A stretch of DNA of 64,000 nucleotides from Rhynchopus sp. YZ270_cl-10 (lineage: Eukaryota): assembly GCA_964035575.1 (NCBI GenBank), contig OZ037839.1, positions 744,001 through 808,000 of the forward strand, read 5' to 3'. This document shows, piece after piece, positions 46,223 to 58,690 of the stretch. Position numbers and translations under genes: made by a program. Under the pieces are notes generated by a model, which worked only from the letters and a program-made list of their open reading frames with translations, made no database searches and was not told the DNA's origin. Each line of letters starts with the position of its first letter. Within the stretch, counting starts at the first letter, position 1.

Positions 46223-49197
46223 GTCTAATTACCTTACACCTGTTGTTGGATGTTCGTTGTGCGGGAAAAATTGGCTGATTGAATGACAATATTGTGCAGG
46301 GAAATGGGGAGATGAAGTGGGGAGGGGTAAAAATCGCGAAATGGAAAATGTGGGGGGGGAGAGAGGGGTTGAACTGTTGAACGCTTTCCCACCCCCAGAG
46401 CGTATGTTTGTGTTGGTGTTTTACACCTGCTGGTATAAAGATCTGCACACAGTGTCGGCAAAAGCCTTTTGTACTACGAAAGGTGTTGACGTAGATCGTC
46501 CTCAACCCTTGAGAGTAACTTTTATTTCTTCACACATTTCACTATTTTCCAATTTCACGTGTGAAGGTGTTTTTTTAATTTTTCTTTTTTTTTTTTTTTT
46601 GTAGTTTTTTTTCAGGGTATAAGCTTGGATTTTGGATTTTTTCCAGAATTAGGTTTTTTGAATTTTTTTTTTTTTGGTGGGGTTATAGCAGGGTATTATA
46701 TAGCCCCCCTAGCCCCCACCAAAAAGGTGGTTTTGTGTGAGGCAGTCATTTTTTTCTGTGGGGGAAACGAAGCGAAAAATTTTCTCGGTATTTTGTGACC
46801 ACGGCAAACCTACACCACCCCAACCCTGCGGAAAAGCCTCCCCTCCTCTGTGCAACCTTGGTAGCTTTCAGCCACTGGTGATCCGCAATCCGTAGTGGGT
46901 GTCAGCCTTATTGTCGGTAACCTCAATACATTTACAAGAAACGGTGGCCATGGCACTCAAAGGTTCCTGGCGAAGCCACGGTATGCAACATTTCTAAAAT
47001 CGCGCTTTAAAATTGCACTATTTTACAGGCAAACAATGTCATGGGAAGGGTGTGAAAGCTTGCGCCGCAGGCGCACGGTACGCTACTTTTATTCTTTTCG
47101 CCACATCTTTTTTCTCACTCATAGTTGGGTTCAAGCTCCGTCCGTCAAATGGAGCTCAACGAACCCTTTTTTGCGGAGCAAAAAAGGAAAAATGGCGCCG
47201 CAGGCAAAAAAATTTTAAGGTACAGCCTGGATGGTGCGGTCAGCAACCCAGTTCCCAAGGGTACTGCGTACTCCCGTGGTTCAACCACGGTTCTTTCCCC
47301 CATATTTCCCCCCCCCCCCGAAATCCAAATCTATATTTTTTTTTTTCCCCCGAAAAATTTCAGAATTAAGTTTTTGAACCTAATTCTGAGTACCAAGCTA
47401 ATACCCTGTTTTTTTTTCTTTCTTTGAAAACTTGTTGGAATAGTGTAGTTGCCACCTGTGCAAGGTTCACTTTCCCTTTGTTCACTGTTTCTTTTTAAAT
47501 GATTGATGCTAAAAAGAAATTGAACACCGTACCCCAACTCCCTTCCTTTTCTCCCTTCCTTTTTTCTATTCTGGGGCGGGTTGGAGCAGAGCCACACTTC
47601 ACCGACAGACGGTATGTGCGGTTCACCACAACCTCTCCTTTTGTCTTTATTGTCTTTATTGGTTGTGGGGGTGGGAAACAACAAAAAGGGAAAGTCGGAG
47701 CGCAGTTTCGATTTCGAAAGAAAAAAAAATTGAAAAACACAAGCGACCCCCAAAAACGGAAGAATTTCTCCCAGGGGGGCCAAACAAAAAGTTCTGTTGC
47801 TTTGGTCAGCAGAACATTTTTTTGGAAGTGCACTGCTTAAGGAAAAGATACTAATGGCCAACTGTTTCCAGCGCATAACGCCAAAAGGCTTTCCCCTGGA
47901 TGGCAAATGAAATCAAAAACTAATGAGACGCGTTACTTTCTCTTTTTGAAAGCATTTGAACAACGACATGGAGTGCCACTCGGAACAAATGGCAGCCCGA
48001 CGCCTTTGTGATTGAATCCAGGGGATTGGTTTTGTTGGTTTGAAGATGTCGTATACGAAATATAAAGCAGTGCACAATTCAAGACAAGGTTACTTTGTAC
48101 TACGGAAGGTATAGACGTAGATCGTCCTCAACCCTTGAGAGTACCTTTTGTTTCTTCACACATTTCACTATTTTCCGATTTCACGTGTGAAGATGTTTTT
48201 TTTTTTTCTTTCTTTTCTTTGAAAAAATTGTTGGAAAAGTGTAGTTGCCACCTGGGCAAGGTTCACTTTCCCTTTGTTCACTCATTGGTGACATACGGGG
48301 GACGGGGTTTCACAACTTTTCACACCCATACAAGTCAAGCAAGGCTGTGAACAGTTGGTATACAGTTTTGAAAGTTGTGAATGGGATTGAAATTTTGGGG
48401 AAAATAATAAGGTAGGGCAGCACAATTAGAAATTGTGTCTAGTGTCACAACGCTCCCTAAAAATCTGTTCGCACGCATGACACTAAACAATATTTTTAAC
48501 TTGTCCCACCCTAACTTTTTATTCATTGATTGGGGGGGGGGGGGGGTACGGGGCGGCAGTGCGGTCTCGCTTGCCCAAACTGTTAGTGCATCGGCACTAC
48601 CTATTTAATTTGAAATTTTTCTTGCTCGTGCCGGGCACTACCAGTGGCACTACCACTTGTTACTCTTTCTAGAAAGAAGTTTTACCCTTGTCAGACACGC
48701 AGTGTCCGACAAGGGTAAAACTTCTAAATTGTAATTTTGGTCTTCCCACAAGCCTCAAAGTGACCCCGTCAGTCAGAACGCAACTCAATTGGTCAAACGT
48801 CGAAGGAAAATCATGCAGCATGGCGAAAGAAAAAAAAGTAGCGCACCGTGCGCCTGCGGCGCAAGCCTGAAACTACCTTTCCCATGACACAGTTTGGCTG
48901 TAAAAACAATATTATGCAATTTTTAAGCGCAATTTTTGGAAATGTTGCGCACCGTGGCTTCGCCAGGAACTTTTGGATGCCACATGACCGCCGTTTGTTT
49001 CTGTAAATGTACTGAGGTTACTGAATAATTCGCGCGGTGCAAATATCAATGAAGTCGAACTCTGCATCATTCCGAGCATGGAGAACTTGAGCTGGGTTGG
49101 GCTTGACCGAGTTTTGACCGAGTAACCTCGGGTTTTATTATTTGAAAACTTGGTTGTATTAGTGTAGCCACCCTAGAGTGTGGTACACTATATTATA

Positions 49198-50249
49198 TAT
49201 GGGAGCGTCCGCGAAAGACCCCCCCCTAAAGCTAACATCCATGCTTATTGGTATTTCACTAATTAAAATTTTGGTATTTTATAAGATTTTTTTTTACAAT
49301 GAACTCAGAGTTAAGTTTCTGAGTTCATTAAAAAAAAAATCGGTGAAAAATTCCGAGTAGGTATTAATTTAGATAGGAAAAGCTATGTCAGCAGCTATGT
49401 GTCCCCTTATTTTACCTGTAAATACTAAGGATATAGGAAGGAATTCACTAATATCTGTCTCTAAACCCATTATCAAAAAGGGGGGGAGGAAAGGGGGGTG
49501 GAGGCTTGTCGCCCCCTCCGAACACTCTAAATAGAGCGCGAAAGAGCTTCACGCTCCGGGTCGTCTGCGGCGATGTCGACTTTCTCGCAGAAAACCCCCT
49601 TTTTTGAGTGACCCTATTGACCTCCGTGATGAGTCTCTCCAAGAGTTGCAGACAATTGTCCGCCTGTTCCTCCTCTTCCTCCTCCGTCTCGCTGTCACTG
49701 TCCTGAGGGTGTCGCTGATGCAACTACAGGAGTAGTAAACGGCGGACACCCCTTTTCTCCTGGTGGTTGTCTTCTGCATATGGAGGGACATATGCTTCGA
49801 GCTACACACCTCGCGCATCCAGCTCCTCGCGCCCCACCCTTTGCCCCCCTGCCAGTGGACCCCTGCATACACCTGCAGCTCGGCGAAGTTTTTTAGGCCT
49901 CGGAAAGGCCGGGTTTTCAGCTCCTGAGCGAATGCTTTGGCTGGTGATTACATTTCCCCCTGTTGTGTTGTTCTATGGGTGGTTATATGGGTGTTTGTGA
50001 GGATTTCCTTGTATATCCTTAGTATTTACAGGTAAAATAAGGGGACACATAGCTGTTGACATAGCTTTTCCTATCTAAATTAATACCTACTCGGAATTTT
50101 TCACCGATTTTTTTTTTAATGAACTCAGAAACTTAACTCTGAGTTCATTTAAAAAAAAAAATCTTATAAAATACCAAATTTTAATTAGTGAAATACCAAT
50201 AAGCATGGATGTTAGCTTTAGGGGGGGGTCTTTCGCGGACGCTGCCATA
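49198..50249. mobile_element. Fold-back element with ~245-bp inverted arms (TATGG...CCATA)
   Basis: 49198-49446 is a near reverse complement of 50001-50249; GC-richer 550-bp core; no TSD seen. Confidence 0.75.
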
Positions 50250-51326
50250 TTTTGAAAGATTTTTAGCCGATCTTTCAAAATACGCCATCTAAGAACACTT
50301 TTATGCATCTGGGTTTTCCTTGGATGCCGGGGAGCATGAAAAAGTACGGGAAAAGGTCACTTTTCAGAGCCGCCATGTGATAAGAATTTTTCTAGTCGTT
50401 TTCGTGAAAACACTTTTTTTGTGTGGAAAGATTTCGTTCACATCTTTCAAAATACGTAAAAATCGAAAACTTTTATGCATCTGTGATATCCTCGGATTTT
50501 GGTGTAATTTTACCATCAAAATCACGGGTTGTACGTTGCTAAGGTCGTAAGGCTGGTAGGGTTGATAAGTAGGGTTCTACTCACTTTCGTGAAAAGATTT
50601 TTGCATTTTTGGAAAGATTTGATGTCAAATCTGTCAAAATAAGCAAGAATCGAAAACTTTTGTGCCTCTGAATGCACTTTGGAAGTCTGTGAGAACCACC
50701 ACCAAAATCACTGTTTTTCTGACTATTCTTTGCCTTATTACCACCCAAAAGCACGTTATAAGCCGGGTTTTCACTATTTTTTCGTATTGCGGGGTGCTTT
50801 TTTTGTGAATTTTCGGCACACAGGGTAGTTCTGACCCATTCTGGGGGTGTTTCGGACCTGTAGATGCCCAAAAACGTGAAAAAAATCGCCTTTTTACGTG
50901 TGTAGTGGTGTTTCAGTGTAAATCGTTAGGGAAATCGATTTTTAGACATGCTGCTAACAGAGCTACACTCATCTAAGTTGGATTCTACTAGGACTTTTTG
51001 CTCGATTTTTTTTTGTTTGAAAAGATTTTGTGGTCAATCTTTCAAATAACGCCATTTTCGGACAGCAATAATTTACGATGATTTTTTTTGCCGGAAGGAT
51101 CAGTAAAAAACCAAAAGGTGGATTTTATGCGTACCTCATTTTGGGTAAAACATTTTTTTGCGAAAAAAAACTTAAAATAATGGAATTGAAAGCCGTGTTC
51201 AAAATCTTTCAATTGCGGCCAGGTACGATTAAAAATTTGCATCTGGGGTCCCTTTACCGGTTGGAGAGCCCCCAAAACCAAAACTCAAAAGTGGGTCGAA
51301 AATCTGGCTTCGGGTCTAAAGGGTTA

Positions 51327-51627
51327 CTGGGGGGGGGGCGAATAAGAGATGTGGCATCTCTTATTAGGCGAACGGACGAGCCAAAAATAAAAAAAAATTT
51401 TTGGGGGAAAAAAAGCAAATAGACATTTTCGCCGGAGGCAAAAAAAAATTTTTGACCACTTTTTTGCCAGACCGGGTAGACAGGGTAAAATTTCAAAATG
51501 TTTTTTCAAGATAAAACCCTGTTGCATGCAAAAAAAAAAAAAAAAAATACCCCCAAAATCTCAACCTGATCTCTTATTCGGCCCTAATCTCTTATTCACC
51601 CCTGATCTCTTATTCGCCCCCCCCCAG
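51327..51627. mobile_element. TA-flanked MITE
   Basis: TA|CTGGGGGGGGGGCGAATAAGAGAT ... ATCTCTTATTCGCCCCCCCCCAG|TA with internal ATCTCTTATT repeats; related end at ~3306-3326. Confidence 0.8.
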
Positions 51628-52385
51628 TAAAAAAAAATAAAAAAATAAAGTTTATAAGATGACCCTCAGCCTCTCGTGCTTAGTCACCTTCACCACAACA
51701 AATATGTTCAAAAGTGACAGAAGGTCACCACTAAGCGGTGCACGGAAAGGGGAGATGCCCTTGCATGTCAACTAGGGAAGGAGTGGGATAAAAGGGGAGG
51801 GCGTGGGAAACTATGATAAGTGGGTGGGGAGAACAATCCTGCGCATCGGGTGGGTCGCATGCGCCTTTAAAAAAAATAAAATAAAAAGCCCCCGGTAAAA
51901 GGCACTGAATACGTAATTTTACAACCTGCTCTGCCCCCAAGAGGAAGCGAAACACCTATCACGCAGCATGCATGCTCACAGCTTCCACGGCCCATGATCT
52001 TGCATGAGTTTTTTCGTGACCGACGATGCACTGATATCATCACAATCGTGGGAGGGGAGTGTCCCTCATCGATGATAGTTATTGTTCTTTATTGGTCCAC
52101 AATTTGCGAACAACATCATTGATTTGGTGTGGCAAATGGGATGGGGAAAAGAGCACGATTATTGACAACAGAAATGAAAGCACTGCAATGAGGGAGAGTC
52201 AACAGGAGGGGAAAGTTCTGGTCTCAGGCTAGAGAGACCACGAATACATAAGGTGGACAGACAGATGTATCAAATGGGGAATGGCATAAATTCCTTGGTC
52301 GGAAGAAGAAAAAAAAAGAAGGACGGAAATAAAATCAATTCAAAAGTGAAGTTGATAGAAACTGTCCTCCACACAGCATGCATGC

Positions 52386-54635
52386 TCACAGCTTCCACAC
52401 CACAAGGGTGCCGTCATGGCTCACAGTTGCCAGGCGTGTGCCATCGGGGGAGAAGTCCAGGCGTGGCAGGACAGCCTGCGAGTGTCCCAGCAGCTCGTGC
52501 AGCACAGACCCGTCGTGCGACCACACCATCACGTCACCCTCGCCCACAGCAGCAATCATCTTCCCGTCGCGCGAGAACGTGCTGTCGTGCACAGCACCCG
52601 ACAGCATGCTCAGAGACACACCGTCCACAGCACTGCCGTCACCAATCGAGCTCCCGGGCAGCTGCGACACAAGGATCGTCCCGTCGCTCATCCCACGCAG
52701 GAGCGCGTTCCCACCAAAGGACGAGAAGGACAGTGCCGTCACACGTGCGGAAACAGAAGGCAGCTCAACAGCAGCAGACGTCCCGTCCAGCCTCCACACA
52801 GTCGTCACCTCGTCCACCTCAGACCCGCGCACTGTCGCAAGGTGCGCACCGTCCACAGAGAACCCCACGTTGCGTGCATGGTGGTCGATCACAGACGACG
52901 CCTTCGTCCTGTCCGACGCAAGCATGTCGAACACACGTGTGCGTGCATCCTGTCCACCTCCGCTCACCACGTAGCGCCCGTCCCTCGTGAACTCCACACG
53001 GTGCACAGGTGTGCTCCCCGATGCAGACATGTCCACCAGGGTTGCCTCCAGCACACCTGTCTCAGCGTCGCACACAACCACACGCCCGCCCTCCCCAGCA
53101 AGCGCCACGAGGTTGTTGTCTGGGGAGAACGCAATGTCGTGCACCCTGAAGCCGTCTGCACAGCCCAGCTGTCCCACCCGCACACCCGTGCGCGCGTCAA
53201 ACACACGCACAAAACGGTCTGCTGACCCTGTCGCCACACGACGTCCGTCCCACGAGAACGCCACCGACAGCAGACGTGCAGGGTGTCTCACCTCAAATGC
53301 ACACGCACGCGACGTCCCCTGCCCACAACGCTGTGGCACTGTGTCCACCCCACACTGCGGCTGTGGAGTAGGTGGCACTGAAGTGGGTGGTGCAGGGGTC
53401 TGTGGTGCTGGTGTTGGTGGTGAAGGAGTTGGAGCGGCAGTACCAACACTACCGACTTCGTACACAGAGTTCCTCCAGTGATTCCCGCACACCGAGGAAG
53501 GTTCTTGAGAACAGTTCATGCTGCACTCTGACTCCGGCGCAGACCCATAGGTACCGTAGCTGTTCCCGCAGAAGCACTGCGTCCCCATCTGCAGCCCCAT
53601 GTACACGTACGGCGCCGCTGGTGCTGTGAGGAGACAGAACTCCGAACAGAGCTCGGGCGAAGCGTGCGATACCGATCGTGGCCCGTCAAGGTCTCTCACA
53701 CTTGTATCCACATAGCATCCTATGTATGTCGGGGGCGTAAGTGTCGGTGGCGAAGGTGTTGGGATAGTGTCCGGCACATCTGTGGGTGGTGCTTGAGTGG
53801 TCGCATTCACACACGCGTAATCGAAGGCAAGGTCCCCCACCGCTCCTGAAGAGGTGTTGCTTTCGAACTGCACAAACACAGAACCATTCATCACAAGGTC
53901 CACATTTATGAAGCTTGATGCAGAACTGGTCCAGTAATATTCCAAGTTGAAGTTTGTGTCGTCCTCTGAGCTGTAGACGCGCACAGCCATTGCGTTGCTC
54001 GGGTGAATAACAGAAAACGTGAGCACAGCTTCTGTGTCACACGCAATGTACCAGCACTCTGTGTGGGGTTTTGTACCACTATATTGCACGGATACATATT
54101 CCACATGCCCGTTGCCTGTCAGGTTGTTCTGTGTGTCACAGAGCGTGAACACACCTGCTGGAGCGGATGGTGGGCTGGGTACAGGTGTGGGTGGTGGTAC
54201 TGGAGTAGGTGGTGCTTGAGTCGCATCCGCACACACGTAGTCGAACTCAAATGCTGAACTCTGTGTGTAGATAACGCTTGTAAACATCAAAAATGCGGGA
54301 CCCTTCAGCAAATAATCCATGGGCAAGTTGAAATACTGGAGTGTCTTCTCTCTGGTGTAGACTGTTACATTTCCGGAATCCTTCTCTGACGAGTACAGGT
54401 TCAGGTAGGAATAGTGGGGATCCAGATCCAGGGTGGTGAACGAGATCACAACATTATTGTCACACGCAATGTCCCAGCACTGCGTCTGGTCCACGTCCCT
54501 GTCTTTATGAAAGCTCACGTGCCCGGTCACATTGTCCCCCAGGTCGTTGTACTCGTCACATATCTTGGACACACCAGGTACCATCGTCGCAGCCGTGCTT
54601 ACACACAGCAGCGCTGCCAAGCATGCGCGCAACAT
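52386..54635 (-). CDS. Signal peptide + two CUB-like domains + WSC domain + Pro/Thr linker + WD40 repeats
   Basis: 749 aa; WSC: YIGCYVD..CSEFC..GLQMGTQCFCGN..ECSMNC..CGNHWRNSVY; WD40: VAFSWDG..ATGSADRFVRVFD, LLGH..FSPDGTRLATVSHDGTLVVW. Confidence 0.9.
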   Translation of the reverse strand: MLRACLAALLCVSTAATMVPGVSKICDEYNDLGDNVTGHVSFHKDRDVDQTQCWDIACDNNVVISFTTLDLDPHYSYLNLYSSEKDSGNVTVYTREKTLQYFNLPMDYLLKGPAFLMFTSVIYTQSSAFEFDYVCADATQAPPTPVPPPTPVPSPPSAPAGVFTLCDTQNNLTGNGHVEYVSVQYSGTKPHTECWYIACDTEAVLTFSVIHPSNAMAVRVYSSEDDTNFNLEYYWTSSASSFINVDLVMNGSVFVQFESNTSSGAVGDLAFDYACVNATTQAPPTDVPDTIPTPSPPTLTPPTYIGCYVDTSVRDLDGPRSVSHASPELCSEFCLLTAPAAPYVYMGLQMGTQCFCGNSYGTYGSAPESECSMNCSQEPSSVCGNHWRNSVYEVGSVGTAAPTPSPPTPAPQTPAPPTSVPPTPQPQCGVDTVPQRCGQGTSRACAFEVRHPARLLSVAFSWDGRRVATGSADRFVRVFDARTGVRVGQLGCADGFRVHDIAFSPDNNLVALAGEGGRVVVCDAETGVLEATLVDMSASGSTPVHRVEFTRDGRYVVSGGGQDARTRVFDMLASDRTKASSVIDHHARNVGFSVDGAHLATVRGSEVDEVTTVWRLDGTSAAVELPSVSARVTALSFSSFGGNALLRGMSDGTILVSQLPGSSIGDGSAVDGVSLSMLSGAVHDSTFSRDGKMIAAVGEGDVMVWSHDGSVLHELLGHSQAVLPRLDFSPDGTRLATVSHDGTLVVWKL

Positions 54636-56531
54636 TGTCTTTTGTGGTGTCAGCAGAATACCTGTTGTTGTGTTGTTGTGTTGTGGGGTTTATGCTCGTA
54701 CTCGAGGTCAAAAGAAATCAAACAAAATCAAAAGGGGAAAATGAGGGAGGAACCTGTTTGCATTTGGCACCGTTAGTGCGAAATGTACGTGCGGAGAGGG
54801 GCTAGAGACCCTTCGCGTCGGCGCTGCGCACCCACCCGTCACAGAACGCCACGTTCTTTGCACACTGCGGTATGCGCATGAACCCTGAGGATCTCTTCCG
54901 CTACCAAGAGTCCGTCGGCATCACACGTACGGCGATATCCATTCCACGTGCAGCCGCCTGCAGTCCTGAGCAGATTCTGTGCAGAACGCCGTTGCCCAGA
55001 CGAGTGATGGGCAAGGAGTCGCGTGCGACGACCGCTCCTGCTTGGAGAAAGCTCGCAAATTTTGTGACCAAAAGCGGAAGCGCTGAAAATATTTTAAAGA
55101 TCTTTAAATCAGACATTTTTAATCGAAAGATGGTGTTTTTTTTTCTCACCAGCGTCTCTTCTTTTATTGTTGTTATTATTTTTATTTTTTTGCTTTTGTT
55201 TTTGTTTTGCAAATTTTAACAAGCAGGGTACAGCCAGTACACCTTTCCCTAATTGTATAGCATACGCCTTCGCTGCAGTAGCGGGCAATGGGCTGACTCC
55301 AATGACAAAAAAAGTAATAAGTAAAGTATTTTCATCATATGCAATCAATAAATTGATAGTATATGGTGAGGGATCAACAAAAAATGTTCCCATCTTTTTT
55401 ATGGCGTATGTTTGGCAAAAACGTAGAAAAGAAAAGTAAAATGCTTCGTGTAAAAAGTAAAGAAAAATTGTGGTTTCGAGCTGCTTACTCCTGAACCACG
55501 TTCTCTGAACCCCCAACAGCATCTCCTCGGAGCTAGGAGCCAGGGTTCCTCTCCAAAAAGTGAAAATGAAAAAAAAAAAAAAGCAAAAATGGTGCTCCTG
55601 ATAACCCCATTTTGCGTACTTGGTGCGCACTTTGTGCACGAAAAAAAAAACAAAAAAAATACAGGAATACCCTATATTGCGTACTTGTTGCGTGCTTGGT
55701 ATTTTTTATTTCAGGAGCACCAAAAAAGCAAATATTCCACACATAAATTTACGCAAAATCTCAAAAGGTAAGTCACAAGGAAAAAAAAAACAAAATGTAA
55801 AAGTTGAAATGTAAAAGATATTTGTTGGGAAGGAAAATACGAATAAAAAGTAAAAGAAAAGCGCCATAAGAAAAGGGTGAATGAGTAGACTCATCGCACC
55901 GTCGCCTCAGCTGCCGATGTGCATAAAAGCGCACAGGCGTTATTAGTTATTTTTTGCTTTTAATTTTTACTTTTTGGGATACAGGGTCCAGTTGTAGGCG
56001 TAGGTTTTATTTTTCCTTCCTTCAAAACTACACACACAACGCTTTTTGGTTTTTGCGAGACACACAAGGTGCCAGGTTCTATGATAAGCACGGAACCACC
56101 CTGCACCTGTTTGTCATGTTGTTTCTCGTGCAATACATCGAGAAACGTGCACTCGAAACTAGGGGAAAGCTTTTTGATAAAAAATGAGCGAAGCACAAAA
56201 ACCAGCGCGTGTGGAAGAAAAAAAGAAGAGAAAAATATTTTTTTCTGATTCAAAGTGGTGTTTACGTTTTGGGTACGGGGCGGAGAATAAATCTATTCGA
56301 TAAAAGAAACACAAGCTTTTTGTTTTATCTTGTTGAGGATGTGGTGTAGAACACCTTTTTTGGTGAAGCACGTCTTGCGGTTTCCGGACAGGCACGTTGC
56401 ACCGCAGAATGGGCACGTGTTGTACTACGGGCGTCTGGGGCTGGTCTGGTTCTGTCTGTTGTTGTGCTGGTGTTGGTGTTTCTGGTGATCTCTTTCAAAC
56501 AAACTTATACACCTTCACACAGCATGCATGC

Positions 56532-57404
56532 TCACAGCTTCCACACCACAAGGGTGCCGTCAGGGTTCTGCTGCTGTGGAGGAGGTGTCGGTGCTCTGCA
56601 TTCGTAGTCGAAGGCAATGTTCCCCAACCCTCCTGAAGAGTACACGCTGTTGAACTGCACCAACGCAGAACCATTCATCACAAGGTCCACACCTATGAAG
56701 CGTGTCGTGTTATAATATGCAGAACCGGTCCAGTAATATTCCAAGTTGAAGTTTGTGTCGTTCTCTGAGCTGTAGACGTACACGGCCATTCCGAAGTACG
56801 GGTTAATAACAGAAAACCTGAGCACAGTTTTTGTGTCACACGCAATGTACCAGCACTCTGTGTGGTCTACTGCCATGGATTTATATTGCACATGCCCGGT
56901 GCCTGTCAGGTTGTTCTGTTTGTCACAGGGGATGGAGACACCTGCTGGAGCGGATGGTGTGCTGGGTACAGGTGTGGGTGGTGCTTGAGTGGCATTCACA
57001 CACACGTAGTCGAAGACAATCTCTCCCCACCCTCCCGAGGTGTACACGCTCTCGAACTGCACCAACGCAGAACCATTCATCACAAGGTCCACACCTATGA
57101 AGCGTGTTGTGTTTTCATATGCAGAACCGGTCCAGTAATATTCCAAGTTGAAGTTTGTGTCGTTCTTTGAGCTGTAGATGTACACGAACATTTCGAGGTA
57201 CGGGTTAATAACAGAAAACGTGAGCACGGCTTCTGTGTCACACGCAATGTACCAGCACTCTGTGTGGTCTACTGCCATGTAATCATATTTCACATGCCCG
57301 TTGCCTGTCAGGTTGTTCTGTTTGTCACAGGGGATGGAGACACCTGCCGGAGTGGTCGCAGCCGTGCTTACACACAGCAGCGCTGCCAAGCATGCGCGCA
57401 GCAT
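56532..57404 (-). CDS. Secreted two-domain paralog of the 41284 gene, ending in DGTLVVWKL
   Basis: Near-identical to 41284-42141 including the 5' flank; last codons and 3' flank shared with the 52386 gene. Confidence 0.82.
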   Translation of the reverse strand: MLRACLAALLCVSTAATTPAGVSIPCDKQNNLTGNGHVKYDYMAVDHTECWYIACDTEAVLTFSVINPYLEMFVYIYSSKNDTNFNLEYYWTGSAYENTTRFIGVDLVMNGSALVQFESVYTSGGWGEIVFDYVCVNATQAPPTPVPSTPSAPAGVSIPCDKQNNLTGTGHVQYKSMAVDHTECWYIACDTKTVLRFSVINPYFGMAVYVYSSENDTNFNLEYYWTGSAYYNTTRFIGVDLVMNGSALVQFNSVYSSGGLGNIAFDYECRAPTPPPQQQNPDGTLVVWKL

Positions 57405-58551
57405 TGTCTTTTGTTGTGTCCAGAGAATACCTGTTGTGTTGTTGTGCTGTTGTGTTGCTATATCTTCTACCTTACTTATATCTTCTACAGTATAATCAGG
57501 GGCCAATCATAACGTGCACACTCTGCTGATTCTAAAAACGGGCACAAAAATCGCAGATGGAGAAATGGGGAAGAGGTTGAAATGTTGGAACACTTCCTCA
57601 CCCCCCGGATCACACATCACCACCCGAGACGCCCTTGGGCGGATGTTGTCAGAAAGCTGGTAGACGAACGGACTGGGAAGTATGTATCCTAGAGCTGCAG
57701 GGAGAGCTGCCTTGAACGACTGCCATCACTGCTAAAGAATGTTGATGTGTGCGAAGACGTCGACGGCAAAGAAAGCATGAAAGCAAGGAGGCATTGCTCG
57801 CTGGCTGGCAAAGTCGTTGGCGACGAAGAAGAGAAAGAGAGATGGTCTGACAACTTGGTAGAAAAATAACATTTTTTTTGTTGTTTTATTGTCGTTATGT
57901 ATTACGGGGATGGGGGAAGTGAAGCAATATGTACCTAAGCCTCTTGTACAAAGGCACCTTCAAAAACAAAAAATGGTGTGGCTCAAAGCCTGCCTTTTGC
58001 ACCACAAAAGAAGTACCAAAGATGTACAAAATGGCTGCGGTAATATTTTTTAACTACAAGGTGGTGCTTGTAAAATGAAGAAAATTTTGAGTTGAATACA
58101 AAGCCCTCTCGTGAACAGTACCAGAAAGATAAAGGTTGAAATGTTCGAACGCCTGTTTAAAAAATGGGGCAGACATGTGTGTGGTGTACGAGCAGAATAC
58201 AAAGAAACCTTGTAAGACGAATGTGGCCGCTCGTGCACACTTCTTTAAGGAAAAGTTAATAAGATGGACCTGAGCCTCCCGTGCTTAGTCACTTTGAAAT
58301 AAAAGAAGACAAAGTCTGAAATGGTCAAAAATGGTCAAAAAAAATAGGAAAAAGGGGTGTAGGGATTTTCTGGGTGGCGTTGACCAAAAAAAAAAAAGAG
58401 TGAGGGGAGTTGGGTCCGGGTCAAGGTCCGGGTACAGTAACTGAGCCTGGGGGGGGGCAGGTAATGAAGTGCTAAAATGACAAATGGTAAGGAGACATAA
58501 ACGTTCCTTAATTTGTTTTTGGGCATTTGGTGCTCCGGGAGGGGTCGATAT

Positions 58552-58690
58552 TGACAGGTCGCTGACACAGGGACTCCATATACACACCCCCTGATATTGA
58601 CAGGTCGCCGACAGGTCGCCGACAGGTCGCCGACAGGTCGCCGACAGGTCGCCGACAGGTCGTGACACGTCGCTGACAGGTCGCTGACCG
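58552..58690. repeat. 11-bp tandem repeat (GACAGGTCGCC)n
   Basis: 5 perfect plus several degenerate copies. Confidence 0.9.
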
